Of a stretch of 64,000 nt of DNA, positions 27,801 through 39,700 are shown piece after piece. The notes under the pieces were generated by a model. That model did no database searches. It saw only the letters and a program-made list of their open reading frames with translations, and had not been told where the DNA came from. This DNA comes from Bugula neritina (lineage: Eukaryota > Animalia > Bryozoa), in NCBI GenBank assembly GCA_964035545.1, contig OZ037767.1, positions 3,860,707-3,924,706 on the forward strand, in the 5' to 3' direction. Each line of letters starts with the position of its first letter. Within the stretch, counting starts at the first letter, position 1. A program made the translations under genes and the position numbers.

Positions 27801-30800
27801 TAGTCAATTGGTTGTGGTCATATTCCATAGATTCCATGGCTTGAGTATTTGTAAAGCATGGAACACAGGGTATAAGAGGATTACAATCACATGATTATTT
27901 TTTTTATACAATGTAACGGATTAATATTTCTCGTATTTGTCCATCCTTTGCCTTATGGTGGCGTTGTAGCACCAGATAATATTTCTAAGTTTGAAGAAAA
28001 CTGGAGAGAAAATCAAAAAAGCCAACATCAAAAGATATTTGAAAAAAAATCTTCAAATTTGCTTATAGGTTGATTAAATAGCCTATTTTTCACTATTTTT
28101 AATAACTCAAATCATTCCCAATTTTAAAAAACCATAAACTTCTTAAAATCTGACCCTCAAACTTATATTAAGTCACCAAAAGTTGTACAAGTTTTTTCCT
28201 TGTGGCTGTTGAAATATTAGCAAGTGATTTTGTGAATATTTTTCTCACACCTTTCATTTCTTTTTTGTTGAGTAAAAGCTCACACTGCATACCCTTACCC
28301 AACTCTCTGCTACCTTTTTATAACTTTTTTCAAAGGATAGAACAGTCTGCAGTTGCAGATAAATGTTCCTGTTGCTGTAATAGCATCATGAATAGACTTG
28401 GCTCTTTTACTAGTCAATTGGTTGTGGTCATATTCCATAGATTCCATGGCTTGAGTATTTGTAAAGCATGGAACACAGGGTATAAGAGGATTACAATCAC
28501 ATGATTATTTTTTTATACAATGTAACGGATTAATATTTCTCGTGTTTGTCCATCCTTTGTCTTATGGTGGCGTTGTAGCACCAGATAATATTTCTAAGTT
28601 TGAAGAAAACTGAAGAGAAAATCGAAAAAGCCAACATCAAAAAATATTTGAAAAAAAATCTTCAAATTTGCTTATAGGTTGATTAAATAGCCTATTTTTC
28701 ACTATTTTTAATAACTCAAATCATTCCCAATTTTAAAAAACCATAAACTTCTTAAAATCTGACCCTCAAACTTATATTAAAAGTCACCAAAAGTTGTACA
28801 AGTTTTTTCCTTGTGGCTGTTGAAATATTAGCAAGTGATTTTGTGAATATTTTTCTCACACCTTTCATTTCTTTTTTGTTGAGTAAAAGCTCACACTGCA
28901 TACCCTTACCTAACTCTCTGCTACCTTTTTATAACTCTTTTCAAAGGGTAGAATAGTTAGTACACTTTGGAATAATTTGTGGTCCTTAGATATATACTAA
29001 CATACCCATTATTATCATTTTGACAAGCTAAGTTCTTGTTTGATGCCGACTCCCACAGTTGAAAGTTTTGCATTCAGTTCGTTTGAGTTTATTTTTATTC
29101 ATGGGAGCGTTGGCTTTGATGATGGGCTCACAAGTGTTTGATTGAGCCATTTAGGTGCAGAAATGGAGATTTTGACGAAGAATTCCTCACATTTTGTTAA
29201 AAGCTCTTGGCTTGTGTTAGATGACCCCTACCAACATATTTGGAAGCGTAGAAAGCTATGAATACAACTGTTAAGACAAGGGCTGACTAGTGTATCATAT
29301 TTGTTGAAAGTTTTTGTTAAAGTGTTGGACTTTTAGATTATAATGATTTTATATATCAACAACTTCAGGAACTGTTGAAAGTGTTGGACAAAGCATTTTC
29401 ATAACACTTTGTGGATTTGTTAGACTGTTAAAAATTAATGGATTTCTATATCAACATTTTGGAGATTTGTTGAATGTGTTAGACAGAGCCCCATCTTCTA
29501 ATTAGTTTGTTGGTTTGTTAGATTGTTGGATTTCATGTATCACCTAAACTAAAGTTGGTTGATATTGTTTATACAATGTTTTGCTGCAGTGTATTTGTTG
29601 AATGTTTTTATAGTACACTCTATGCTTTGAAGCCAATCATTTATAATCCAATTAAAAAAAGTCGTAACACCAATTGTATTTTTGACATTTTTTTTGAGTA
29701 TTCAATAATGAAATTGCTAAAATATAAAGAAATTATATCGTGTTATGCACCTCACTTGTAAGTAGCATTACCAATATACAAAAAATCATATTAATTTTCT
29801 ATTTCTTTACAAAATGCATGAAATTTTTCCTTGTTCGTTGTGAGATGGTCCCAAGTCTGTGTCTTGCAGCAGCCATTAAAAACTCTTTGCACTCACTTGC
29901 AGTTTTAATAATTCTATTCTGTTGCAGGGTCCTTGCTTTTATAACTTTATCTCATAAAGCAATGGACCTTTTGGTGGCATTAAGCTCTAAGAATTCTTTT
30001 TCTGTCATTGCCCCATAGTCACCGTTATTCTGCAAATTAATAACATATATCTCTTGAACAGTCAGTGGAAGGTTCCAAAGATGATTTGCTCTACATTTTT
30101 ATTTGTTCTATATTTTTAACAGCAGCTTCACATTAGGTGGTAGGGTTGATGCTTTTAAATTTTGGGTTCTGAATAGTAATCTCACAAAATGTATGAACAT
30201 TTGTCATGATTGTTTGTACAGGCTTGCAATTTTTTTTCTAAACACTAACCCCTTTAGCCTTTTCACCCTCTCTTTGGGGTTTTCCAATAATGTTTAGTTT
30301 TCCACTATCCAGATGCCGCATAACTGCAATTGCCTGTTGCATGCTGTATGATTGTACAATTTCAGACACTGCTTCTGTTTCAAGTGCATTATTTGCTGCT
30401 TCTAATACCATTGCCAATCATAGGACATGACCCTGCATAATTATTTTTTTAGCTACTATCAAGCAACTATAAGTTTACACAATAGGGTTTTTACAAGCAT
30501 ATATGAGTTCAGCTGCATTTATGATACTGAATTCCATTAAAAAAAAACTTAGTTTCTAAAAGTGACTTAAAAAGAAATTCTGACCACCTAAATCATGTAG
30601 TTCTAGCAAGCCGAGATCTTGCACTATAGTTTATTCAGCATACAGTACACTTTATAATAGCATTTTTAACGTTTGTGGTTCAGAGTTATTGTAACATGAT
30701 AATATCCGCTAGTATCTGTAGCTTTTTGTTTCGCTACATAGACATTGAAATTTGTAAAAGCTAGCTTATGAAGTTTGTAAATTTCCAAAATTTCACTCAT

Positions 30801-33683
30801 TAAAGATTTATTTACGAGTCCCAGAGAAGGATCAGCTGCTGGAAGGTCAGATGTTCTTGCCTCCATGTCATCGAAATAGTTTTCAAACGATGTGCCTGCT
30901 CCAGAATTCAGTCTGTAGCAGTTCTTCTCACTGATATTCTGAAAAAATTGCCTCAAAATATTAAATGGCCTCAAAATACTAAATAATACAATGAATATTT
31001 CAAGTCTCCTAACCAGCTGCTGCTTATATATCATGTATAGAATACCAAAACACCAGTAAGAATGAACATAATTAAATTTTATGAAAATGATCCAAATAAA
31101 TCACAAAAAGTATTCCTTTTTAATGAAAATGAACTTATTTACACGCTCGGTCCACTTGCATGCAACTTATAATTTATCAAGTTTTAAAGTCCAGCTACCT
31201 GCTAGACCAGTTACCAGCTATCTTGGCTGATTAAAATACATGTAAAGTTATACTATCCAGCATACATTCATTACTCAAATTTTTACCCCTGAACAGTGGT
31301 GATTTTGTAACACCTTTAAGAAAAGAGTGAACAGATCTTTCCCACTCTCCACTCGCTTTTCTATCTCCTGAAACTTGACATGGCGTTTTGTGGCAAAGCA
31401 TATCAAATGCCGGTCCACAAAACCGTCAATATTGCTTCTCTGTATGCGCTGGTTAAGCAGCCGAGGGTGACGAAGCCTAGAAGTTCATATGGAAGAGTTT
31501 GTATAAATTTTCAACAGATAAAATGTATACCATTGTACAACACTTCTTTTATTAAATAATAGAAAAGCAACCTATAGAATGCAAACTACAAGAAAAGGAA
31601 ATGAACAATTTTTACACGCACACTGAACTTTTGTGTACCTGTGTAATTTAATCTTGTTTCTTTTATTTCTTTTAAGCCTTACTTGCTGTTTTGGGCCCAG
31701 CTCCCACCACCAGATAGTGTTAGCCAAACACGTCTATCTAGGGAATCTGGCCTTCCCTTATTCTCTAGACATTCCAACAAGCCTTCAATCTCATCCAGTA
31801 TATTGAGATAAGTTCCGTTATTGGTGGATAATTGCTCATGCAATTTTGCCATCGTGATAGTTTCATTTGAGCAAAAAAGATGAGACATGGCTCATTATCT
31901 ATATATAAAGCAGTTCTAGTAAATAGCAACAACAAAGTTCTTATTAGTAAAGTGAAACAAACAATTATTACCTGAAAACAGTTATCTTTTCCAGCAAAAT
32001 TTTAAACCGCAAATATTACAAAACATTACATAACTACCTTGCTGTGAAAGTCCACTAAAACGTTTTTCGGCTTGTTCATTACACACAGTATCTTTCACTC
32101 ATTTGAGGGCTGCCAACAGACACTTCAATGCCACTGTTTTTTGAGACCCTATAGATAACAGTAAATAATAATACTAATAATTTATTTCAATATACAAACA
32201 TTGGGGTTTGAGTAAAAAAAGCATTATCGCCTCTCTGTATGCGCTGGTTAAGCAGCTGAGGTTGAAGAAAGCCTTGAAGTTTATATGAAGGAGTTTGTAT
32301 AAAGTTTCAACAGATGAAATGTATACCATTGTACAACACTTCTTTTATTGAATAATAGAAAAGCAACCTATAGAATGCAAACTACAAGAAAAGGAAATAA
32401 ACAATTTTTACACGCACACTGAACTTTTGTGTACCTGTGTAATTTAATCTTGTTTCTTTTATTTCTTTTAAGCCTTGCTTGCTGTTTTGGGCCCAGCTCC
32501 CACCACCAGATAGTGTTAGCCAAACACGTCTATTTAGAGAATCTGGCCTTTCCTTATTCTCTAGACATTCCAACAAGCCTTCAATCTCATCCAGTATATT
32601 GAGATAAGTTCCGTTATTGGTGGATAATTGCTCATGCAATTTTGCCATCGTGATGGTTTCATTTGAGCAAAAAAGATGAGACATGGCTCATTATCTATAT
32701 ATAAAGCAGTTCTAGTAAATAGCAACAACAAAATTTTTATTAGTAAAGTGAAACAAACAATTATTACCTGAAAGAACAGTTATCTTTTCCAGCAAAATTT
32801 TAAACTGCAAATATTACAAAACATTACACAACTACCTTGCGATGAAAGTTTACTAAAACGTTTTTTTCGGCTTGTTCATTACACACAGTATCTTTTACTC
32901 GTTTGAGGGCTGCCAACAGACACTTCAATGCCACTGTTTTTTGAGACCCTATAGATAAAAGTAAATAACAATACTAATAAATTATTTTAATATACAAGCA
33001 TTGGGGTTTGGGTAAAAAAACTTCTACTCATGCTAAGCAGAAGAATAATAAATGGTTTTGAGTGAAATTCTGTTCTTTTTTTAATTAAAAAACATTTTAA
33101 TAGTCATTAGTTAATATCTATGATCCGTGATTAATATGTCTAACCTGGAGGAGCAGCCACTGCAGACCAAATTATAATTGGTTCAGTAAAGTTGATCTCA
33201 TCCCTATGAGTTGAGACAGTGGAAATTCCCATCAATCCAGACACAATTGTAAGAACCTGCTGCAACAGCATGGAGATGTTGACAGAGGCTTCTTTTTTAT
33301 TCAACATAGATAACAATTACTTAACATTTTTAAATCTTATAAAATTCATATTTTTTCTGCCTTGTCTACTGTTTAATAAACAGTTCAGATTAATTTAATG
33401 TCATATTTATCACCCTATTCGTTAGTGTTGAGAACAAAGAAGGTTTCCAATATCTCCATTACTGCACCTACCTCGATTGAGCATTACCCAAAAAACAATA
33501 TACGGTTTAAATTTGATACATATAGCATAGTTTTATTTGTAGTTGGAGGGCCGCCACTACAAATATCTCGAGCCTATTCAGGCTCCCATTTCTCCACCAT
33601 ATAAAGAAGCTTGTGAAAAAAGGAAAGGAAATCAAAATGTAACAGTCAAATCCGATTTAGATGATAACCTACAAAATGGATAA
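15838..33683 (+). CDS. FTSJ1: tRNA (cytidine32/guanosine34-2'-O)-methyltransferase (Trm7/FtsJ homolog 1), 10 coding exons
   Basis: Exons 15838-15961 ([29 protein letters not shown]), 16124-16193 ([13 protein letters not shown]), 19411-19510 ([17 protein letters not shown]), 19795-19873 (VVCDGAPD), 20540-20592 ([15 protein letters not shown]), 21561-21614 (GGNFVCK), 22002-22104 ([14 protein letters not shown]), 22630-22713 (EAFVVC), 22998-23101 ([15 protein letters not shown]) and 33543-33683 ([19 protein letters not shown]). All junctions are GT-AG and in phase. Confidence 0.97.
17692..17765 (+). mobile_element. Copy of an interspersed TIR-like end (GAGGTAGGTGCAGTAATGGAGAAATTG family)
   Basis: Near-identical to 57573-57650; reverse-complement copies at ~975-1015 and ~33430-33474. 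Confidence 0.7.
19915..20105. mobile_element. GATCGATC-rich element remnant (probable MITE) in an FTSJ1 intron
   Basis: About 10 gatcgat/cgatc motifs and repeated catggatcgatc in otherwise CpG-poor DNA. Confidence 0.5.
21767..21915. mobile_element. Small MITE with terminal inverted repeats (PIF/Harbinger-like end GCCCCATTCAGACT)
   Basis: cagactacagttga (21775) is inverted to tcaactgtagtctgaatggggc (~21894-21915). Confidence 0.6.
23505..26100 (-). mobile_element. Decayed hAT transposon (Buster/SPIN/GTF2IRD2-type), transposase pseudogene antisense to FTSJ1
   Basis: TIR CAGGGGTGTCCAACCTTTT..GAGGGCCACA at 23505, preceded by CTCTAGAC (NTCTAGAN-type target). Minus-strand motifs [50 protein letters not shown] and [18 protein letters not shown], with frameshifts and stops. 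The other TIR was not found. Confidence 0.88.
26800..26950 (-). pseudogene. Third, more diverged copy of the DUF3987-like Walker-B exon
   Basis: [38 protein letters not shown] versus [38 protein letters not shown] at 31888 and 32684. Confidence 0.75.
27070..27284 (-). pseudogene. Decayed nuclear-receptor-type C4 zinc-finger (DNA-binding domain) relic
   Basis: [26 protein letters not shown] matches the NR consensus CxVCGDxASGxHYGxxSCxGCxxFFRR with exact C-x2-C-x13-C spacing; contains a stop, a probable TGT>TAT change and downstream frameshifts. Confidence 0.65.
27738..28957. repeat. Tandem duplication, ~610-bp unit x2
   Basis: tgcagttgcagataaatgttcc.. begins at 27738 and 28348; copies differ by a few substitutions and indels. 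Confidence 0.95.
29790..33350 (-). pseudogene. Intron-containing DUF3987/YfjI-like P-loop NTPase (helicase-like) pseudogene
   Basis: Spliced minus-strand exons: [28 protein letters not shown]|SQKT (Walker A-like), [23 protein letters not shown] (Walker B), [21 protein letters not shown]|[56 protein letters not shown], and a C-terminal exon [17 protein letters not shown]. Stops and frameshifts are present. Confidence 0.7.
31436..33020. repeat. Tandem duplication, ~795-bp unit x2, inside the DUF3987-like gene
   Basis: ctctgtatgcgctggttaagcag.. at ~31437 and ~32233; both units end in cattggggtttg(a/g)gtaaaaaaa; the ORFs at 31888 and 32684 are near-identical. Confidence 0.95.
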
Positions 33684-36600
33684 TATTGAAATTGAACTTT
33701 TCCAACTTTTATGTCATACATTTTTACTTACACCAGTTTACTATGCCAGAGTCTTTGGCGAGGGGCGAGTTTGGTAACTCTAGTCTTTGCTAGTGTAGGC
33801 TTGAATGGTTTGTTTTGTGAATATACTGGAACATTTACGAACTATAATCAATATGATCTCTATTAAATTGTAAAATTTCCTCTAGTCTTATGCTAGAAAA
33901 TTCTTTTTATTTCAACATCTGCATTGTCATATTAGGATTATTTATAAAAGTAACTTTAGTTTTACCTGACTGTGTTCTGTTTGACTGAAATCTTGACCTC
34001 TTGTTCTATTGGGTTCCAACTCAAGTTTTGTTTATTAACAAAATGCTAGCTGCTGATAGAAGTAATTAAAAAGCAATACATTTTGTTTAATGCTATACCA
34101 AATATTTACGAAAGCTATGTATGTAAATCAATTAAATGTCCCGTCTACCAATATTAAGTGTTAGTCTCAAGTTTAATGTAATGAGAAATGTCAGTTTTTT
34201 ACATTTAATAATATATAACCTAACTGCATATATAAATTTGCAATTTACTCCCATGTTGAGGTTATTTTAAATTCATACCTGTATAAAAGTTTGAAAAAAT
34301 ATATCACAAATGAAATGTATATATTACTGCATTATGATGAGCATCTAAAAAAGTTGTTGGCCAAATGATACCAGACCTAGTGTGAGTGGACAGTATTACT
34401 GTATGATTACAATAAAGTTGTTGAGAATTGAAAGATAATACGGCTGTATATTATTGTAAATATCAACAGTAAAATTAGTAATACTTTTGAAGTATTGCCC
34501 ACCTCCAGAAATTGGCCTGAACTTTTTTGCCATTTATTAGCAATATCTGTCCAATTATTCCGTGTTGTTGTTTTCCCCCTGTAGTGTACATACACTAAGT
34601 CATATAGGCATGGTCTACTTCAAACTAACTCAATAACTAAGTTTGTTAAATCTTCTGTTGGCATAATGATATTGAACCAAATAGTAAGATAGCAAAAACT
34701 GAAGAAATTCCCGATTCTTGATGTGCAGTGGAATATTTACAATCGTGGAAAAAAAACTTTCATTGGCATTGCATCAATTTATTGGACAGAAATGTCCAAT
34801 GAGGCTGCATGGAATTTACCCAGGGCTTTTTCTCTGTCTAATTTCAACTGAATAGAAAGGGGATTTAGGTAGCTATTTTATTATATAAGCTATATGTGTA
34901 TCAGAATTTTGTTGATCAATCATGTTAAATATTAACCATTGCTTCTTGTTGCACTCGATTGTGTATTTAATTTTGTTATTTTTTTGCGGGAATGTCTATA
35001 AGCACACATAGCCTACAGTGGTAGGGCTGATGGAGTTTTTATATACTTGTAGGTAATGTGCATGCTTGTGTTTAGTAGCCGAGTGGTTTATAACAATGAC
35101 ATCACACTGGGGTTAGGAAGATGACCAATCTATGACGCATGTTTTTAAAGATCAGTCCAAATTGATTTAAATTTACGACATTTTGTATTTTAATAGAAGC
35201 TTTTTAGGAAAAACGGTGATTTTACTACATTTTTGGTTGTAATAAAATAGAATTCTTTCCTCTGATTTTCTAACCTCTTAACACGTGGTTCACACACAGC
35301 TATTAGGCTGAGCAATGAAACAAGTAATGCAAATTTTACCTTATTTCATTTTGCTGATGGGAAGCTTCTCTTGAATCTGCAAATCTATTTTATTAGAATT
35401 GGTTTATCCTAAGATATATCAGAAAATCCTCCAACCATCACCATACTCTCAAGGGAAAAATCTCTAAGTTTCAGGAGCATTGAACTATAATTTCAGTTCA
35501 TTGTTCACAAAAGCCTATATATGTATAACCTCTCGTGTGATTTTCGTAGCCCGGGAGCAGCTCTACCCTTCTAGGAGATTATATAAAACAGAACCTTGGC
35601 TTCACTTATACACTACATAACACACATCTAACTAACCACTCTTAATAATACCTTTTCTCGCTATACAAATATCCTATTTAGAAAAATAAACTTGAGTACA
35701 TTGAAATTAGCAATATTTGCATACTTATTTACTAGGCTAATGGCTTTATTTATAATGTTTGTTGAATTATAATTACTCAAAGTAGCGTTGGCTATTCCAT
35801 AACATGGCAAACATAATTATATCATTATACATGTTTCTACACAGCAACCCATGCTGCGTGACACTAATGTAATTTGTTCATTGCATTTCAAGTGCAGCAT
35901 CCCGGCAGCTACTGGAATAAGCTTGCTGACACCTTGTTGCTACGTGTCATGTATTTATACACAGTGACCGTTGAAACTTCGTAGACATTTGTTCTTCTGG
36001 TAAATGATTTCCTGTCTTTTCATTGGCCTCATTAAAATCAGGTATCCGAATCTACATCACATTGAAATGTATATATGAAGTTATTGTTTGCCTCTTCCTG
36101 CCTGCTAACGTGTTGTGTGTGATTTGGAATTTGCTGTTGGTCATTTACGCATTACCTGTCTACTGAAGACACCAGGTAAATGTTTACTATTTACTATAAA
36201 ATTACATAATTACTATTCATTATAGAATGGTACTTACATCCACTACAAGCTCATTTTAGTACTTTCATTACATTCGTGATCTCATGTTTTGTCAATTGTT
36301 TTTAATCATTTGAGGTAAGCTCCTAGTTTATGTTTAAAGAAATTGCTATTTCTATTTATTACTTAGTTAACCAGTTACTATATACATTATTCCAGACTTA
36401 ACACAAGCCAAATGATTAGCTCACCTCTTCCAAATTTCACTCGGGAAGTTGAACTAAGGATTATTAGTATTTGTTGAGCATAGCTTGTTTTGTGTTTCAA
36501 CTTTAGGTTTACTTCTAATGAAGATACTCTGTTTAGTTTAATATAAATAATGAAGAATTAAACACCTGTATAACAACAAAAGAGGCGCTATTCTATATAG

Positions 36601-36794
36601 TTAAATCCTAGTATAAATACCTTCACCGACAACAGTATTTGTTGTATGCATCTATAAATTATGAGCAGCTTAATTCTTATATTTAAATTAGTTAAGCTGC
36701 TGCTGCTGCCACTGCTGCTTGTGCTGTTAAGTCAGCTACCTAGACCTAGTTTGAAAAACTTATTTTTCAATCTGCTTAAATTTTTTCTATAACA

Positions 36795-39700
36795 ATGGAT
36801 ACCAGCATTCCGCCATCAATTCCGCTCCCACCATCTCCTTTGCCATCCATGCCTCCAGGTTCTGTGAGTAGATGGATCAGGTGTGTTTGTTTGAAGTCAT
36901 CATTACCTGACCTGTAGCCAAGTGCAGATACTTTCAAATCACAGGATGTTTGGTTCAACTCCAGTACTACTTGGGTGTAGTGGCTGGCCTATAGTAGACA
37001 TTGGTCAGCTGAAACTATTAAAACTTGAATTCTTCTTTTTAGCAGGACTTTAATTTGCTAGTGTTTAGTTATTACAGTTGTTGAGCTGTTAGTTATTATT
37101 TCTTATAGTAGTTTACTAGTTTTGTTGTTGGTTGTTTAGTTGTTTGTTGGTTGTTCAGTTATTATAGTTGATAGTTATTAGTTACTAGTTGATAGTTATT
37201 AGTTACTAGTTGATAGCTACTAGTCACTAGTGGATAGTTGTTTAGTGATGACAACTACCTGCTATATCAGGTTTTGGAAAGCTTTAACTGTGGCACTGCA
37301 GAAAGAAGAATTGCGAATTACAATTTTTGACTTGCCAGGCTAGATATATTTTCCAACACATAAGTTATGTACTTCATCTACTAAATGCATTCACTGTAAG
37401 CGCAAAGTGTGTATTATTAGGAAAATGAACCGGGAGACTGTAGAAATATCTAAAGTCATACAGAAAAGTCCTGAAGATAGAACTAAGACCGAGTTAGATA
37501 GGATCCTGCCATACCTTGCCACCAGAAGTCAACTTCTCAATAAACTTAAAACAGGTTTGGAGAGTTTAGTGCTTTCAGTTGGTGGTGTAGTCAGTGGTAA
37601 GAATAAGGTAAATATGTTGGCCAGAATAAGGTAAATTATGTTGGTAAGGTTGAGCTGTCGAATTCACTAGAGATTTGTTTTACTTTATGTTCCTAATTTC
37701 TGTAGAATTTCAACTTATGTTTTGAGTTGGAGTTTTGAACAATCTCAACCTAAAGATTTTTGCTTAGCTCCATTTTCTAATTAAATGGTTAGATACTTGA
37801 TTGCTTTCTTCCACATTACATTACAAACATTCCAACTGATAATTTTAATTTACAGTCTGCAGGTGTTGTAGTCTAATTATGTGGTGTTGCAATGTGTGGA
37901 AAAAAACTGAAAATTTCTGCACCTTCAACTCTTGAATTTTCACGACAAAAAAAGCAGATTTCACCACATTATTTTATCAACAATTCCCTCTGCACTCCAG
38001 TGGCTACTGGCCTCACTATGCACAATATTTTACCTGCGCTATTTTGGTACTATATTTAGGTTTGTAATATTTTACTGGTTTCTTTGTAGAAGTTCTGTTT
38101 GAGCTTATTAAACACTGCCGCCATTTAAAGTGTAGAAGAAATGATGTGATTATAAGACAAGGAACAACTGGGGATTGGTAGGTATCGTAACTCCAGTATT
38201 ATATAGCCTTTTGGGAACTGAGTGTAATCCTAGTTTTTCTCCCATCATCCATATTCTGTATGGTCTACTTTGAAAGATCACAGGCTGAACTTTGCTATAC
38301 ATGTATTTATTCACTGGCCAAACCTTCTGTAGTATAAATTATTAGACAGCCATGATAGAACAGACAACGTTCAGCACTTCACCTAAAAGTACACGTTGAC
38401 TCAATATTATTTGGAGTTGTTTTTTTATACTATGCAATGCTTGCCCGGTGCTTTAAACAGCTGCAACTTTCTCAGTCAATGTTTGTGTAATAGTAAATCT
38501 ACTGATTAGAAATTGTCTTCTCATGTTGTAGCAATTTGTGTCAATTATTTGATTTACAATAACGAAATAATCTCTGTCAAAATTGTTTGCTTCAGCTGTT
38601 CAGTGTCATTTCCTTGCAATGTGGAATATTATTATATATAGAACTTGACATTTTAATTTCATTTAGTTTGTCACAATCTAGATAAAAATATGGGAGTGAA
38701 TGTAAAAAATAACAGTGCGGCCAGCTGATGGCTTGAATAGATTAAGTTCAAAGTTCAAATCAAATTTAGTTTGTAGTGTATACAGGGGGACAACTCCATA
38801 TTTTGAATTTCTCTGTAGTTTCTATATCATACTGACTGGGCAGACCTCTGTGTATATCGACTCTTCAAAGAATGACGATGTTTCGGATGAGGGAGGCGCG
38901 TCGGAGAAGAAAAACGACCTTGAATCGCTTTTCGAGGAACTGGACGAGCTGTTTGGAGGAAAGCAGAAAGCCAAAGAATCTCCGGAGAAAAAGAACGAGC
39001 AGGTTCAACGCTCCACACTTGGGAAGTTCATAATGATGATAGGTGCGTAACGCCACTCTATACTAAACTGGGAACTGTCCAGTCATACTATAGAAACTAG
39101 CTCTAGTTTTTATTTTATAGAGAATCGTTTATATTAACTTATCAGTGTTTCATACTAAAACATAGACAGGTGGAATCGGATTATCATGCTACAGGTAATT
39201 TGGGCACTCCTAATTTTAAGAGTTGTCTCTCCACACTACTACCATCCAAATTCTAAGCTCAGCATGTATAGTGTTGAACATTCTTAGATCTGTTTGAGGT
39301 GCTAAACTACTAAAAGTATTACAAGGCACACATTTCTAGATTGGAAAAAACTGTGTTCTACTGAACAATCCTAAAGAAAATTGGTTCTCACACAAGAATG
39401 GTTGCTGTTGGTACCTAATAAAGTATTGGTTGAAGAATGCAGATCTAAAACCTTCTGGTGCAATATTTTTAACAATCTAAGCAAAAAATTGTTTTAACTC
39501 TGCAAATTAAAAATAATTGAAGCTGATTCCAAAAAATTTAAAAAAGGTGCTTGTAGTTTTTTAATAAAAATTTTTGCCAGTCTAGGTATAACGAATTTTT
39601 TGCAGTAGTTTTTTTAAAACCAATTTATATTTACAAATGGATTATTTTTTATACTATGTAACACGCAGACAGACAATGCACTGTGTTTATGTTCAAGTAG

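Noticed and set aside
31281-31291. ttttacccctg as the missing hAT TIR
   Set aside because: Only ~7 nt match and it is not followed by the CTCTAGAC target duplication
35395-35470. Candidate FTSJ1 last exon (..LQPSPYSQ..)
   Set aside because: Wrong phase and poor similarity; 33543-33683 matches the conserved C-terminus
35850-36190. RFX/FOXJ1-like ciliary promoter motifs upstream of the CNBD gene
   Set aside because: Only half-sites, expected by chance
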